Origin: Rhodosorus marinus CCMP1338
Taxonomy: Eukaryota > Plantae > Rhodophyta
Assembly (NCBI GenBank): GCA_029953675.1
Contig: JAMWBK010000006.1
Location: forward strand, 1,984,001 to 2,048,000
Direction: 5' to 3'
Length of the DNA: 64,000 bases
Shown here: positions 49,716 through 63,173 of the stretch, one piece after another
Layout: every line of letters starts with the position of its first letter
How positions within the stretch are numbered: the first letter of the stretch is position 1
Translations under genes and position numbers: made by a program
The notes under the pieces: model-generated
The model's database searches: none
Seen by the model: the letters and a program-made list of their open reading frames with translations, nothing else
What the model was told of the DNA's origin: nothing

Positions 49716-51991
49716 TTAAGTAGCAAGGTCGTTACAAGTTACATTCCAACATGGTCTATGTTCAGCTGTCCAAATCGTGTCTCCGACAATAATACTCGTC
49801 TGCACAAAGGAGGCGATTCCTTGATTAAATGCTATGCAGGGTACGTTCACGGCAACAGAAGCCCCAGCGCAGATGCGACCCAACGTAATATGCGACCGGA
49901 GAGGTAGCAGTGATCCTTTCTCTATGACCAGTACGCTGCTTTCAATATCTTTCCCCGTATTGTTTCGAGCGTTGACCTGAACATTGAATTTCTCCCCAAC
50001 GAGCGCCTTAGATGGAAAGCAAAGCTCAATAGAAAAACGGGAGACCACCTCCGCAGACTTCCAGTGCAAGGCGAGGACTGACGTGCTCACTTCGTATCGG
50101 CTCAGGAATTGCCTTCCGTCCTACCGAACCAAAAAAGCGAGATGGCTTCCGCCCAGGTATTAGGAAATTACTTGTCGTACAGTGACTTGTGTCAGTTGAT
50201 AGCAGACCTCCGGGTCAACGCAGACACTCCACGGGATAGTTGCGGGGGTGCAGAATGACAGATTGGGGTCGGTCGAAGTGGAGTCATCAGTGCTCTCCAC
50301 AGCGTACAAAAAGTTGAAAACTTCGCCCGGGTCCAGAATTGTTGGGGTCCCGCTTAGGAGTCTGAAACAGGCACGAGTAGAGCAGATTTGAGTACTGGTT
50401 ATTGGGTTTCTTCGCATCTTCCCACTTTGTACTGGGCATACTCATGAATGTATTCCCAACTGCCTTCATCAATGAACTCTACATCGCCTGGTTCATCAAA
50501 GTCGTGCAAAGGTTTGAACCTATACTCCTGAGCACCTGTAACGCTGTCCTCCGGCTTCTTCTGTTTCGAAATATTTGCCAACTGATTGGCATTCCCAATG
50601 CTGACTGAGGAGGATGTGTGAAACGTCGGTGGGAAGACGACCACCTTTGAATCCTGCCTCAAGTTCCTCGCGGAGACTCCAATAATCATGTTCTCGTTAG
50701 TACCTTCGCTTATAGCCTCGAATTCTACCGGTGGTTTCATCAGCATAGACTTCTTCAGCGTCGGACTCGGAAGGAACGCAAGGCCATCAGACTTCATCGC
50801 TTCGTCCAAAACCATGGTGAGTTTTTTCTCTTCGTCCTGCGGAGCTACCACTCTAACCGTGACATTAATATTCCTCTCCTCATTGAGAGGGAGCAAGTAC
50901 CTGCTCTTGATCTGAACGCGTAAAGCGCGAACGACTAGGTCTCGTTCCACTTTCTCCGCTTCTGACGTGAGCACTATCCAAGGACCTTCATAGATAATTT
51001 CCAGACTCTCCCTTTCTGATGGAGGAGAAAGCCACCGCTTAAGAGCAGCTCCTTTCGCATGCCCTATGTCCTTCCAAGAGTCTTGGCGAGAAGCCTCCAG
51101 GATCACCGAAGTGCCGTTTATCCTCTCCGCGGCTGCTAGGATCTCCGCACGGTCATGTTTGGCCGGGAACCAGATTCCAACTAAAATGGTGGCTGTGTCT
51201 CCCCAGTAAAGGAAAGGTCGATCGTCCAAGAGCATCTTTCGTAACGATCACGACCAGATAAGCATTCTGTTCAGCTGCTGGGAAGGATCCTCTCTTCTCG
51301 CCTGGCACAGGTATTCATTGATCGCTCCTTACCATTTTCTCGAGAGACAGCGCTCTCAGCTTTTGCTCATCGTGGACCTCTTCCCGTGCAGGTATTCTAA
51401 GAAGGAACTTGACAGTGCTCCAGTCCACTCCATTCCTAAGACCGCCCCGACGTGCACTGGACGACCTGTTAACTCGCAAATCAGTGCTCGACATTTGAGC
51501 GTTTCAACTTCACTGAATTCGAACCCTGAGCCAAAGCCCTCAGCACTATTTCGTCTCACTCATCGCTCTCGAATTCCCCTGCTTTCTCCCCAGAGCATGA
51601 GCAAAGCTGGTGACGCAAAAACAATGCTTCCCACTGTTTAAGTCATCTCCAGCTCCAATCCACGACCAGCGCTCCTCTGGCAACAGAAGGTCTTTAGAGT
51701 CTCCAATTACTTGGGAAAGGGGATGAGAGATTCGTGAATTCTAATCGGAAATCTTCGGCATTGCCAATGCTAACTAAAGTGAGCGGAACTAGAAGAGTGA
51801 ACTCGATTGAAAACCTGCCTTCGCCAGTCGAGAATGGTGATCGTTACTTCCTAGAAGAGATTCTTGATGAGAATTTTGGATTATAAACTCTGATCGTCGG
51901 TACCGGGACTTGAGGCGGTCAAATCTATCTTCGCGGCCATAATCAGCTCCTCCAATATCGCAGGGCTGACCGCATCTTCAAGAGGTGCGAC
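49716..51991 (-). CDS. TRAPP-complex Trs65/TRAPPC13/14-like subunit (Ig-like C-terminal domains), multi-exon; 5' end unresolved
   Basis: Long exon 50399-51235, then LDPGEVFNFLY and a C-terminal IELCFPSKALVGEKFNVQVNARN..LGRICAGASVAVNVPCIAFNQGI pattern resembling TRAPPC13/14 C-termini. Confidence 0.5.
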
Positions 51992-52619
51992 TCACTAGGT
52001 TCTCTAACATCCATTCCTGGCAAATTCTAGACTTCTGGAAGATCGGAATACCCCGGGACAAGTACCTTATGTGCACGTTTAGGTGATTCGTAGAAACATT
52101 TTAGGTTTATTTTGCAAAATATATGAAAGCCTTTTGGGAATGTACCCCCCGTACAGATGTTCGCATAATTCGAATCTTTTCCCTAGTTTTAGATGTATAT
52201 TCATCTATTTTATGATATGCGGTTGAATGCTTTGGTTGTGTCCATGGAGCCGATAGTTGTTTGCCCGAGAGCAATTACTGTGACGTTCTGACTATATGTA
52301 ATAATCCAGTGGCTCCACCGCATCTTCATAGCTCCTGATTCTTCAGCCGACCGCTTATTAACCGCCTTCCGCAGCGAATTCTCTGACAATCCGGGTTGAC
52401 CTTCCCAAGGCTTCCCGACCATGCCGGTCATAGACCGGAGGATTGACGGGAATGAGATGCTACCTAATTCCAGCAACGAGGGAAATACTAGTCTAAGATA
52501 AGTCATCTGTGTTCATGGCTTGGACAGAAACAGAGGACCGTGGCAATTCAGAGCACATCAAAAGGCGCTGAGGAAAGGCCAGGCGTCAGTGCCCAACCCG
52601 CGTGCTTTTCTTCCTGAAC

Positions 52620-53150
52620 GCACAACTTCGGGGGTACCAAAAACGCATTTCTTTCTAGTATAAGTCCATCCTCTCTTGGGTATCCACCCAGCAAAACTCC
52701 AAGAACGCAACCCAATGGACTGCACTGTACAGTGCAGCTAAAACTCAGGGGGGAAACCCGAGTTTTACTGTGCGAATATGCACGCAAACCCGACCTGCTC
52801 GGAACAGAAACTGCTCTCAAGGTATATTATATTAAAAGATATCCGTTTGCGTCAATTCCCCTTGCTCACGGCCTGCTGATGTGTTCCCACTCCATCGAGT
52901 TCCCGAAACGACATCAGGATTCCAAAAAAAACCCTTTTTCGGTATGTCCTCCTTGGCCAAGAAGTCTCAAGCCGATGATGCATGTGAAAATGCACCGACT
53001 GGTTAGGATGGCCGATGATACCAAACGCTGGCCAAAAACAGAGTTTCATTATGCTGGCCAAGTCCAGTGGCCCATGATACCAAGCACGGGCCAAGCATCA
53101 ACTGGCCGATGATACCTATACAATCCTCAAAACTTCGGGCCAGTGGTATT
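52620..53150. repeat. Palindrome- and motif-rich repeat related to the 10.4-kb and 21.9-kb repeats
   Basis: 18-bp palindrome CTGCACTGTACAGTGCAG at 52720-37; hairpin AAAACTC/GAGTTTT at 52740-66; TGGCCGATGATAC at 53009 and 53103. Confidence 0.6.
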
Positions 53151-53744
53151 CTGCTTCATGCTTTTGCGCTAACATTCATCGGGCCAAATTTTTGTCTGTT
53201 CATGACGATGCTTGCAAGACTTTCTAGAAACCTTTCTCGGCTTGTAGAGGACGCTGTTGACGTACTGGTCGATGGTCGCAAGCATGTTCTCCGTCATGAA
53301 ATCCCCAGTTGATGTTTCCATTGAGATGATTTAAGAGAAGGATTTCTTCCTCTCAACTAGGGCTTCTTCCATCCTTGGGAAGGGAAGGATGGGTTTCACG
53401 TAGGCACCGATACCGTTTTTCAGTGAACGGCGAGATTTCAGTTTTTATGCTTGAAGAAGGCGAGTAGATGTTGAGTGAGGTCATAAGGTGCGAGAGGGGG
53501 TAAGGCCGGGGGTTTTGAGGTGCATCTATCGTTCTTTTAGCCTTCGTTGAGGTGGAAGAGGGAGGAAAACTGGATTGGATTCGGCGGGGGGATGTTGTTG
53601 GGTTGTTGGGTGTGGTGGCAGGGATATTTATTACCGTGACTCTAGCGTAGCTAAGTTTTAGTTGGGTTGGTAAACGTTTGAGAAAGAAAAGGGTAGCAAA
53701 GGTTGAAGTAACGGAGTTTGCGCAGGTGGAGGAGTTCGGCTCCA

Positions 53745-54806
53745 ATGGCGGGGTCTGAACATTCGATGGCCGCTGTGGAGAGACCGGAGCCTTCGGTTGT
53801 GAGGACTGGGACGAAATCTGGGATGTTGGGGTCTGGTGGAGGTGGAAGAGGGGGAGTGAGGGTGACTGGGGAAGGGACTGGAACGGGAGCGGTCGCGTCT
53901 AACGCGGATCAGAGCTACGGAGGTGAAGGTGGGACTGTCGGTGCTGGTGATGTTAGCTCCGATGACCACTCTGCGGAGAGCTCTGTTTCAGAGGATGCGA
54001 CTTGGATATCCTGGTTTTGCTCTCTAAAGGGAAACGAGTTCTTTTGCGAGGTTGATGAAGATTTCATTAATGATGATTTCAACTTGACCGGCTTATCGTC
54101 GCAAGTTGCATATTATAATTACGCACTGGATACAATACTGGACGTCGATATACCAGAGTCTGAACTGGATGACAAGCAGCAAGAGCTAGTTGAGGTTACT
54201 GCAGAGACTCTTTACGGATTAATCCACGCAAGGTACATTCTCAAGAAGCTACTGTTTGTTTAGGAATACGTAAGCAAGGTAATGTCAATTTGATCTTGAA
54301 CTTATCCGGGTTGAAATTTTGGCGATTTTTTCCAGGTATATCCTAACAGTAAGAGGGATGCACGCGATGTTGAAGAAGTACAAGGAGGGTGCTTTTGGTC
54401 GCTGTCCGAGGGTGCACTGCTCCGGTCAAGCAGTTCTGCCAGTCGGCCAGTCTGACATGCCGAGGAACTCCACAGTGAAAATATTTTGCCCAATGTGTTG
54501 GGATATATATTTCCCCCGCTCTCGCCACCATTCCACCCTGGATGGCGCATACTGGGGAACTACCTTCCCACATCTTTTCTTGCATACATACAACAATCTT
54601 GTACCACAAAGGAACCCCGAGAAGTACACTCCTCGGATATACGGATTCAAAATTCACAAATCGGTAAGACACTCCTGCATCGATGAGATCTTGTTTGGAG
54701 CCTTCATGTATAACACAGCGTGCTTACCAAAATCTTCTTGATTTTGCGACAGGCGGTGCAAGTCCAGCGCAACAGAGCTTCCCTACCTCACGATGAGAAG
54801 AGTTAA
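53745..54806 (+). CDS. CKB: Casein kinase II regulatory subunit beta with plant-type N-terminal extension, 3 exons
   Basis: [101 protein letters not shown]. Confidence 0.96.
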
Positions 54807-55654
54807 GTTTTGTGGCAACGCATGGTGAACAGTGTTTCCTTTTTGGAGTCTAAGTAAATATGAATCTGAAGCTCTCAATGTTCGACATCCGTACTGGACA
54901 AAATTCGGACATTCGAAAGCCCTCATTGGAAGTTCAGGGGTATCACCAATTGGAGGAAGCCAGGTCGATGATTCAACTACTCTATATCTGCAGTTTGTTC
55001 TTTCCCCTTTTTGGTTTTTTTGCTTGTTGTTCGCTCCCTTCACAGTTTTAATGACGATGCGGGCACAGACGAAATACGTCTTCCAAGGTTGCGAGAAAAC
55101 TTTCGGAGCATGAAGGAGAAACATGTGTGCCCCCTTTCGTGAATAAACAGTTCGTCCTCGTGAGAGCTGATAAGATTGCGGTAAACTCCTAGGTGAACCA
55201 GCTGAACTCGTTCTTGCTGAGAAAGTGCTTCTTCCTCAGTTGACGGTTAAACCATCTAATATTGCTGTAAGCCGCAGCCCCGCTCCATGTTGAGCACCTC
55301 GAGCTTGCGGAGAATCAAGCTACCTTCATCCGAATCCCCGAACATGTGAACTCATGGCCGCGGGAACATATATCTATGTTCGAGCTCAGACAGCAAAAAA
55401 AATGCGGTTGCGGAACAAAGCTGTCTACTTCGCGAGTTCAGAAAACCCCAAGCCATCGTCCATCCAATGAAATACCCGGAGAGAACAGCGAAATCATGCT
55501 AACCGTTTTCACCAACCTCGGAGTGACCAAACACGTTGACATCGGGTCCAGCAAATCCAATTGTCTAGTGTAGATCCGCGCTTGAAACGATAAGGGCTAC
55601 AGCATCGTTCATCCATTGAAAATCTTGGCTGAGAAATCCTTGTCATTCGATTAT

Positions 55655-56805
55655 TTAGCTGTCAGGAACTTTCGCTGATGAACTGAGATCTGCAGTTATC
55701 CCCTGTACAACCTCCAGGCTCTTGTTGATCTCTGTCTGCAGGTTTCTGAGGTCCGACAGGTAAACGTGATTCAGCACTTGCGCGACCTTACTCGCTACGT
55801 CGCGCCAATGCAGTGACATGATTTAGTACTCGTTTTGTAGTGTTTTTTTGCCAAGGGGAAGCTTTCAAAGCGCTCACCGTTCCTAAACGCTTCATCATCT
55901 GCCGCTCTGAATTTCACGAGGTCGGGCGAAATTTTATCGAGATCCAAACGATACTGGACGCGGTCGCCTCTTTCTCTGGCTCTGCGCGCCATCACAGCCC
56001 TTCTGATAGACGCGCTGATCTACGAGGATAAGAATGGGCTCGCCTCAATTGTCTTCTCAGCTTTTCTGTTTTGAAGGTGTTGAACGTACCTCAGTGAGTT
56101 CGTTGTCCGGCGCGGGAGTAGGTAAACCCAGCACCTCGCATAGATTTTTCAAGGACTGCCTAATTGACTGCAGATTTTCATCATCTAAGGTATGATGCAT
56201 TTGCGTTTCTTCGCACTCGTGGCGCCATATCGACTCCTGAATGAGCCATTCGACAAGCTTGTCCCTCGCTCTGGCGTCGAAGAGCTCCTCAGGACAGTCC
56301 AGATCGCCTAGATACTGATGTGCAGAGAGTAATAGCCGCGAGTTCAGAAGGTGAGAGAGTCTGCGCTCCTTGCGCTCTCCACAAAAGTCGGGCCGCCATA
56401 CCTTTTGCAGGCCTTTGGTGTCAACGGGTGCACTGCGAAGCACGTGGCGTTCAGCGGGCTCCCAAATTCGGATGAATCGATCCTCAAGCCAGGATAGAAC
56501 ACGAAGAAACGCCCGATCGTCTTCCAGTGAAACAAAAAAACAGACCTTAGTAGCAACGAAAAGAAAATATCCAAGTTGACCCCAAGCCCAACCTCACCTC
56601 TGTTTCCATCATAGGTTTGGTGAAACGGACAGCTTAGCGCCTCCAATCTACGCTTCACAGCAGAGAGCTCAATGTCGCCAGTCCACTCATAGCTCATGCT
56701 GGAGAATCGCTTTCCTATATCAGCATCAGTCTTACTCGCAGCGCCAACGCCAAGCGGTGCAGCCAAACTTCGGTACCGAATGGCCTTGTTACCAGTACTG
56801 TCCAT
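55655..56805 (-). CDS. RTRAF: RTRAF/CGI-99 (RLL-motif protein, tRNA ligase complex subunit), multi-exon
   Basis: KRRLEALSCP, RAFLRVLSWLEDRFIRIW, YLGDLDCP..KLVEWL, KVAQVLNHVYLSDLRNLQTEINKSLEVVQGITAD match human RRKLTAL, VWLEDQKIR, YLRDVNCP..AIDWL, LHIEELRELQTKINEAIVAVQAIIAD. Confidence 0.85.
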
Positions 56806-59484
56806 GCAAAACCCTTCAATTTCACAGGTCACTAATTCTCCATTAAAATACTTCCATAATATAATATATTGGAATACTCAATACTTGTCTTTGTTCAATG
56901 GAATAGTCAAAACCTTGTTTTTGACAAAATACAAATCATGCTTTCGAGATCGCTGTTTTGGTGTGGAAGCTGTAAAGAGGATCCGCAGCCTTCTTCGTCA
57001 AGCCTGGGTGTGTTTAGTAGTCTTCGAGGGCGACGATAAGCAGAATTTGTCACTCGCCAAGGTTTGTCATACGTTTATGATAGGGTGCGCTATACGAGAT
57101 AGCCATGCACAGGGCAGGGAGCTCCGGGTGCCGCTGAAGGTGTACATCGAATATGATGAGGACGACTAGGCGCGTTGGTCATCTGCTTCAACAGAGTCGC
57201 AACCGGCTCTTATGTGCGGTTCATTAAAGCGGAGGCCGTGTTTGAATGATAGTGCAGTGTGGATAATGGATGAGGTTTGTAAACGATTCTACCAGGATTT
57301 TTGCTTTTCGGTTCCTGGTTTCATTCGCGGCATTAATTCGCCGATGGTTTCGCAGTGTTTCCTTGGGTTCGCCCACATAATATCTCTTTTATGAGCTTTT
57401 GTTAGATTGTTGTTGTTACATGAATCCTTCTATGACTCGAGCGACTGCGATGGAAGGAAGAGGCTTCAGGTGGCGGACACATCGACTGAGTAGGAAGGCT
57501 CAATGACGTACCTATCGGTGCTATGACGTGCTGACCAAGAATCTTGAACAGCTCTACGAGGATATTAATCAAAAGAGTATCCGATTAGACTCTAAGGCTT
57601 GGAAGGAAGCGTTGAATTTGAGACTAGCTTACTTGGCAACGATTCGTGAGCGTTTTCGTATGCTTCCGCGGCTGTTTTAGTGGCGCTGTCGCGCTTCTCG
57701 TCTCCTACAGATAAGAAAAACAGCCGGGCGGAAAGGCTTTTCAGTCGTTGTGGACCAATTCTGTCGGCCCTACCACCGAAATTCGTCGACTTGAAGCATA
57801 CCTGTAGTCACTCTCGCCTCCTGAGGACCCGCACGTTCGATAGACCCCCGAAAAAAGAAAAGTCAGACGCGATATGAAGAAGGAAGAGCACGGCGTAGCA
57901 GCATCATTAGTATCAAGGAACTCCTGCAATTATCGGAAGACGAAGACTGGAAGCATCCAAACCTCGCGAATCATAACTCCAGTAACTGACACGGCTGCTC
58001 CAAACATCAAGATCGTAGTTACGATTAATGTGTTCTTCACACCATCACTTATGTAAACAGTTCCTCCTGCCATTATTCACAAACTTGAAGAAGTAGTATC
58101 TGAATCCTACTGTAACTCTCTTTACGTCTCCCAACACCTCCCACCACACCCGACCCTCATCCGCCATCTCATTTCCCTTTAAACCGATTGAAAAAGTCCT
58201 CGGGACCAAAACGATGCCGGAAAAACACATTGTAGATTTCCACGTATCGAGGAAATCCGTTAGGCATCGAGACTGAAAAGACACAAACCCTTTCTGAAAG
58301 CAATTTTATAAGCCTTTTTCATCTCCGTATATTACCACAATTGTCTTGACTTTTAAAACCTGAGGAAAAATTGCCAAATTCCCGGTTTATTGTCTTGAAG
58401 ATGGCATTTTCGGTTTTTTTTGTTTTTACCGTGTGAAAGCCCGGATAGGCTAAGGGTTTGGATGGCGTGATTGGTGGTATTAGAAAGTGCCTCTCGACGT
58501 GTAGTTCTCACCTTGTGTGAGAGACTCTCTATTTCTCAATTGACCGCAACAGAGCTTGACTAATCGATCCCTGCAGTACGACAAAGCGGCGGGCACACTG
58601 TTTACATATCAAGCTGCGCTTGTAGGAGTCCTGAAGATGCTCTAGATGGCGAGTGTGGATTGTCATAGATAACAAACCGAATCGAAAGTTGTCCACCCGC
58701 TACTTGTAAGATCTAGCGAGAACTTTAACGGCCAGGTAGACCTGGAATTCAGCCGATGCTATTTAGGCATGTCACTGGCTTGTAGGCACAGGATTTCCCT
58801 GGCAAACTGTGGATGAGGTATGAAGACACTACCATCAAGATCGTAGGTAATCGAACTAATTGTCCGGACTTGATCGTCCTACCCAATCTCTCGCAGACAA
58901 ATACTAAGGATGGAAAGCAGGGTCCGCGCCTCTAGATGGTGGGGAGGTCGGTTGTCCCCGCTGGAATGCTTAGCGGCATTTCGTAGAGCGCTTGCACCCA
59001 ACTGGGGTCACCAAGTTGGTAACCTATCAAACACGGTCCGGGCTTGTCCATCCTTCCTTCTGTGAGCTCCGTCATAGCCCAAATTTCCAGTGTGCGACGC
59101 TAAAAATTCCAATCAATCGCTTTTGATGGAATACGTCTTGCTTTACATCTGTTTACCAGGGCGTGGACAAAGGCTGATGAAAACGGTCATTGAGATCTTA
59201 TCTGATCAAATTGCGTCCAAGTGCTTTGCTCCTTCCTTGGAGATGTACCACAGCCTAAACCCGAGCGTCCAGTGATACAATGCCATCGATAAATGGCGGG
59301 CAGGTTGAGAATCTGATGGGCAGGGTTTTGGATACTAGTTCGATAGATTTGTGTGTTCGGAGACTTTGAGAAAGGATCGAGGTTATAGTATTGACTTATC
59401 GAGGCTGGCGACTCGCTCTCTTGACGAAGATAAGTGATGAACATGTAAGGACGGCTGTACAAAGAAGTTGTGGCGGTCTCGACA

Positions 59485-60437
59485 ATGGAGCTTTTCGAGG
59501 ATGGGAAAGGGATTGCCGTTGGAGACTGGCAGTTCAGAGTAGAAAAAGGCCCCATCGGTAGTTCGGAGGAAACGGACAGTCTGTCTTCAAAGCTGAATAT
59601 GAAACTTCCCGGCATGGTCTTCACGAAGAATGTGGTGGAACTCGACGCCAAGTTAACAACGCCGTCGGAGTCGAAGGAAAGTGTTTTTTTTAAAATGTCG
59701 ATTGATCCCGTCGGCGCGTTGAGAGGAATTGGGAAGAATGATCCAAGGATTCAAGTTAAAGCTGCAAAGCATTGGGATGCGAGAAGGGCCCATGAAGACG
59801 TTCAGGTCATCAAAGCAGAGACCGATTGGACTTTCAGCTCGACGTATATGGGTGACATTGTATCTGGTATCAGTTCGATTGAAGAGAATACAACCCGAGG
59901 AATCAACATCGAAAAGCTGAAACGAAGAGACATTCCTGTACTGTACTTCAACGAGGCAGTCTTGTACGAGGACGAACTTGATGACAACGGTACTTCGTGC
60001 TACAACGTGCGACTGGTAAGATGGAACATCCTTTAGGGCAAATCGTGGCAGCTCAAGGTTTCTAATGAACAAGGTTTCCTTGTCCGTGACAGAGAGTTTC
60101 CGAAGGATTCTTCCTCCTCCTCGCTCGATTCTGGCTACGGGTCGACGGAGTCGTCGGCCGTCTCTACGAGACTAGATACTACTATGAATTTGGCACAGAT
60201 GCTATTGTCAGAGATTGGAAGCGTCAAGAGAGCTTTCTACAGGACCTTGGAGTGAGAATTGATGCAAGCATTCGGACGCTCGTGTTCCACCTCGTCGATG
60301 AAACAGCAGATTAAACGAGTGTTTTTTTGGGTTTGACTCCGCAGGGAAGAGAGGAAGTACTCCAGACTCCTGAACGAGCGTCAAAGTACCTGAAAACAGT
60401 TGCCCACGGGCGTGAAGCACTGATCTTGTCCAAGTGA
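59485..60437 (+). CDS. TIP41: TIP41-like PP2A regulator, multi-exon
   Basis: LPGMVF, IQVKAAKHW, DWTFSSTYMG, INIEKLKRRDIPVLYFNEAVLYEDELDDNG, LARFWLRVDGV..RLYETRYY. Start codon approximate. Confidence 0.92.
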
Positions 60438-61259
60438 TGCCTGTCGAGCCCTGGCCGATGCCTTGGATGATAGCGACCGAGAACTATTGTACAAATATTA
60501 TTTTTCTAGACAGACACGCGACGGAGTTGACAAGATAAGGCCTATCAAATGACGAGCATGCTCTTCATTGCTTGAAACATGTCTACCGACGAACCGATCC
60601 AGATCAACGATACATCGCTCGGCACGCAGTGAACAGAGCCTGGACTCGTATCAGGGCTGAGACTGTTGAACACTCTGATGAGAATCTCTCAGCCAGTCCC
60701 ATACTCTTATTTTTGGTCTTATTGAGCTCCAGAATGCGATGTAGCTGAAGTAAAGGAACAAAAGCAGGAGCGTCGAAGATCGAAACGAGCGTGACACCTA
60801 ATTTTCCCAATATCATAATAAAACAAACAATTTGAGCTCTGTCCCATTCAGATTTTCGACGAAAGGGTTAACTCACATTCACAAAATCCACAAAACCCCG
60901 CAGATAATTAAAACTAATTAGATTCCAATATGTGAGTGTGAATTGTGAATGTTTCCAATCACACTACACAATCTCCGTTGTCCCAGCCCGTGGGACAATT
61001 CACATTCATATATATATGCTCTGTTTGTATTTGAAAATTAAATATTTATTGTGATTTATGAATATGAATTTGTAATTTCGTGAATGGCCTGAAATTGGTT
61101 TTCACGGTCGGCGTATCTGTCGATCGGTTGGGATGGGGATGCTGGACGTGAGTCTTTAGGGTGATCCAACATGAGAACTGTTCATGTGAAATGAAATCTT
61201 ACTGAATGAATACTGTACAAAGCTTCTAAAAGAGTCTTAACTAAGTAAATTAGCTGAGA

Positions 61260-63109
61260 ATGAGGAAGCTGGTCGGCTTTGTGGCTGGAGTCCTCCTTCC
61301 CGCTAGGAATGGAAACTTGAGGTGAGGCGTTGCGTGACATTGTCGCCTGTCGCATGCCAACGGATTCAACAGTCGGAAGTGGTCTACTATTCTCTGTTGC
61401 GTACTGATACAAGAGTTTTCTGTTCTTGCATCGCGGTAGACCCCAGTTATGTCGGCGGCCCGCCTCAACCGCTCTCAAATTGATTGATGACGTACTGAAG
61501 GTGTGCCTGCGTCGGAACTCCCACCACGAATTTAAACTCTCTTTGGGTTCTAACTTGCATTGTATACATGCAACGACAAAAAATTCTAGGGCGAGCAACA
61601 TTTTCTAGCCGAGCGGTCGTTCTGCAAGGAGCCAGGTGCTGTTTATGTGGTTGCCACCCCCATTGGCAATATGGAGGACTTTACTCTCCGGGGGCTTCGA
61701 GTTCTCAGAGGTACTTATTTTGCATTGTATCATCGAAAGGGCTCAAAGTTCTAAGGAAAAATTGCAACACATCCAACCACTGAACCCCGAAATCCAGGAG
61801 TTGACGCTGTTTGCATGGAAGACACGATCCATAGTGGTGTTATGTTCAAGAGAGTGTTTGGAGAACGAGACCCTAGTCAAACTTTTATCCACTTTGCACA
61901 CGCAAACTGGGCTCGTGCGACGCCTCAGATTCTGAGAAGAGTCGCCAGAGGCGAAGCTGTTGCCGTAAGTCACTTCTGCCGCCATCGCGCTGCAGTTAGT
62001 AGGTGAGGGCAGAGACACCGGATGCTTACGACAAAAATCGACCCTCGTAAATATTATGTAGGTCATTGCTGATGCTGGTACGCCATGTATATCTGACCCG
62101 GGTTGGCAAATCATTGACATTTGCCTTGAGAAAGGTGTTAAAGTCATTCCCATACCTGGAGTCACTGCAGCAACGGCGGCTTTGTCCGTAGCAGGTATGG
62201 CAGTCTGTGCTTGAAGGACTGTGATTGCTCTACATCGCAATATAGGAAGCGACCCTTCTGAAAGTAGTTTCTTTGGTCCCCTTTTTGAAGGCTGCTCATC
62301 TCAAATATACTCGTTTTTCGGCCTGATATCTAATCAAAAGAAGAAGCTGAAGAAGAAGTCATTCAAACTAATTCAACAATGCGATGAGGCCATTGTCCTG
62401 TATGAATCGAAGCACAGGCTCGTGAAGACGTTAGAGGTAAGCAAATAGGCTTGTCAATGTTTAGAACAAGCGTTTAGACTGTGTATCAGAGGAAAGTGTC
62501 AACACTAGCCTCAGAGAATACGCACGTTGAGCGAGAGCTTGGCTAACGCGCTTGGACTTTGAGCATGTTCCTTCTTGAGACCTCTCATTGGCGACAGGCA
62601 TAACATCGAAAACCTGTCCTTCTGGAGCTCTTCTAATTGTATTGGCACTCTAATCGCAGATACTCTCGAAGATGAGGGGGTTTGAAAGTCGACCGGTAAC
62701 GGTGGGCAAGGAGATAACCAAGATGCACGAAGAGATCCAGAGGTTTGAGAACTGCATGGAGGCTGGTTTACACTACGCCGAGCGCAAACCGAGAGGAGAG
62801 TACACTTTGGTCATCTCGCCGAAGGAGAAGGCACAAGAAATTCAGATTGGTGAGCTGGACATGTACGAAAGGCAAGAGGAATTCAAAGAAGATTATGATG
62901 CCGAGTACATGAACGCCATGGATATTTGTAAAGCACTTGTGGAAGACGGATGTCCAGCACAAACAGCGTGCAGAGTTCTAGCAAGGTTTAGCAAGCTCAA
63001 CAGGCGCCAGCTTTACAACGCCACAATATTATCGAACCAGAAAACCCGGTTGCCCGAGGAAGGGGAAGGGCAGGTTGGCAACGTGATCGACGTTGACTCA
63101 ATTGATTGA
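61260..63109 (+). CDS. rsmI: 16S rRNA (C1402-2'-O)-methyltransferase RsmI/YraL, probably plastid-targeted, multi-exon
   Basis: GAVYVVATPIGNMEDFTLRGLRVL, MEDT, ADAGTPCISDPG, VIPIPGVTAATAALSVAG, VLYESKHRL, GKEITKMHEE, RGEYTLVI. N-terminal MRKLVGFVAG.. resembles a red-algal Phe-motif transit peptide. Confidence 0.93.
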
Positions 63110-63173
63110 ATTATTCTGAGCATAGGCACTTCAAAAAGCCATTTTTGTGTTGTACCCTATTGGGAGCTGACAC

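Noticed and set aside
58045-58284. WWEVLGDVKRVTV as a PC4/Sub1-like gene
   Set aside because: No downstream DIREY-type exon was found and the continuation frames are closed.
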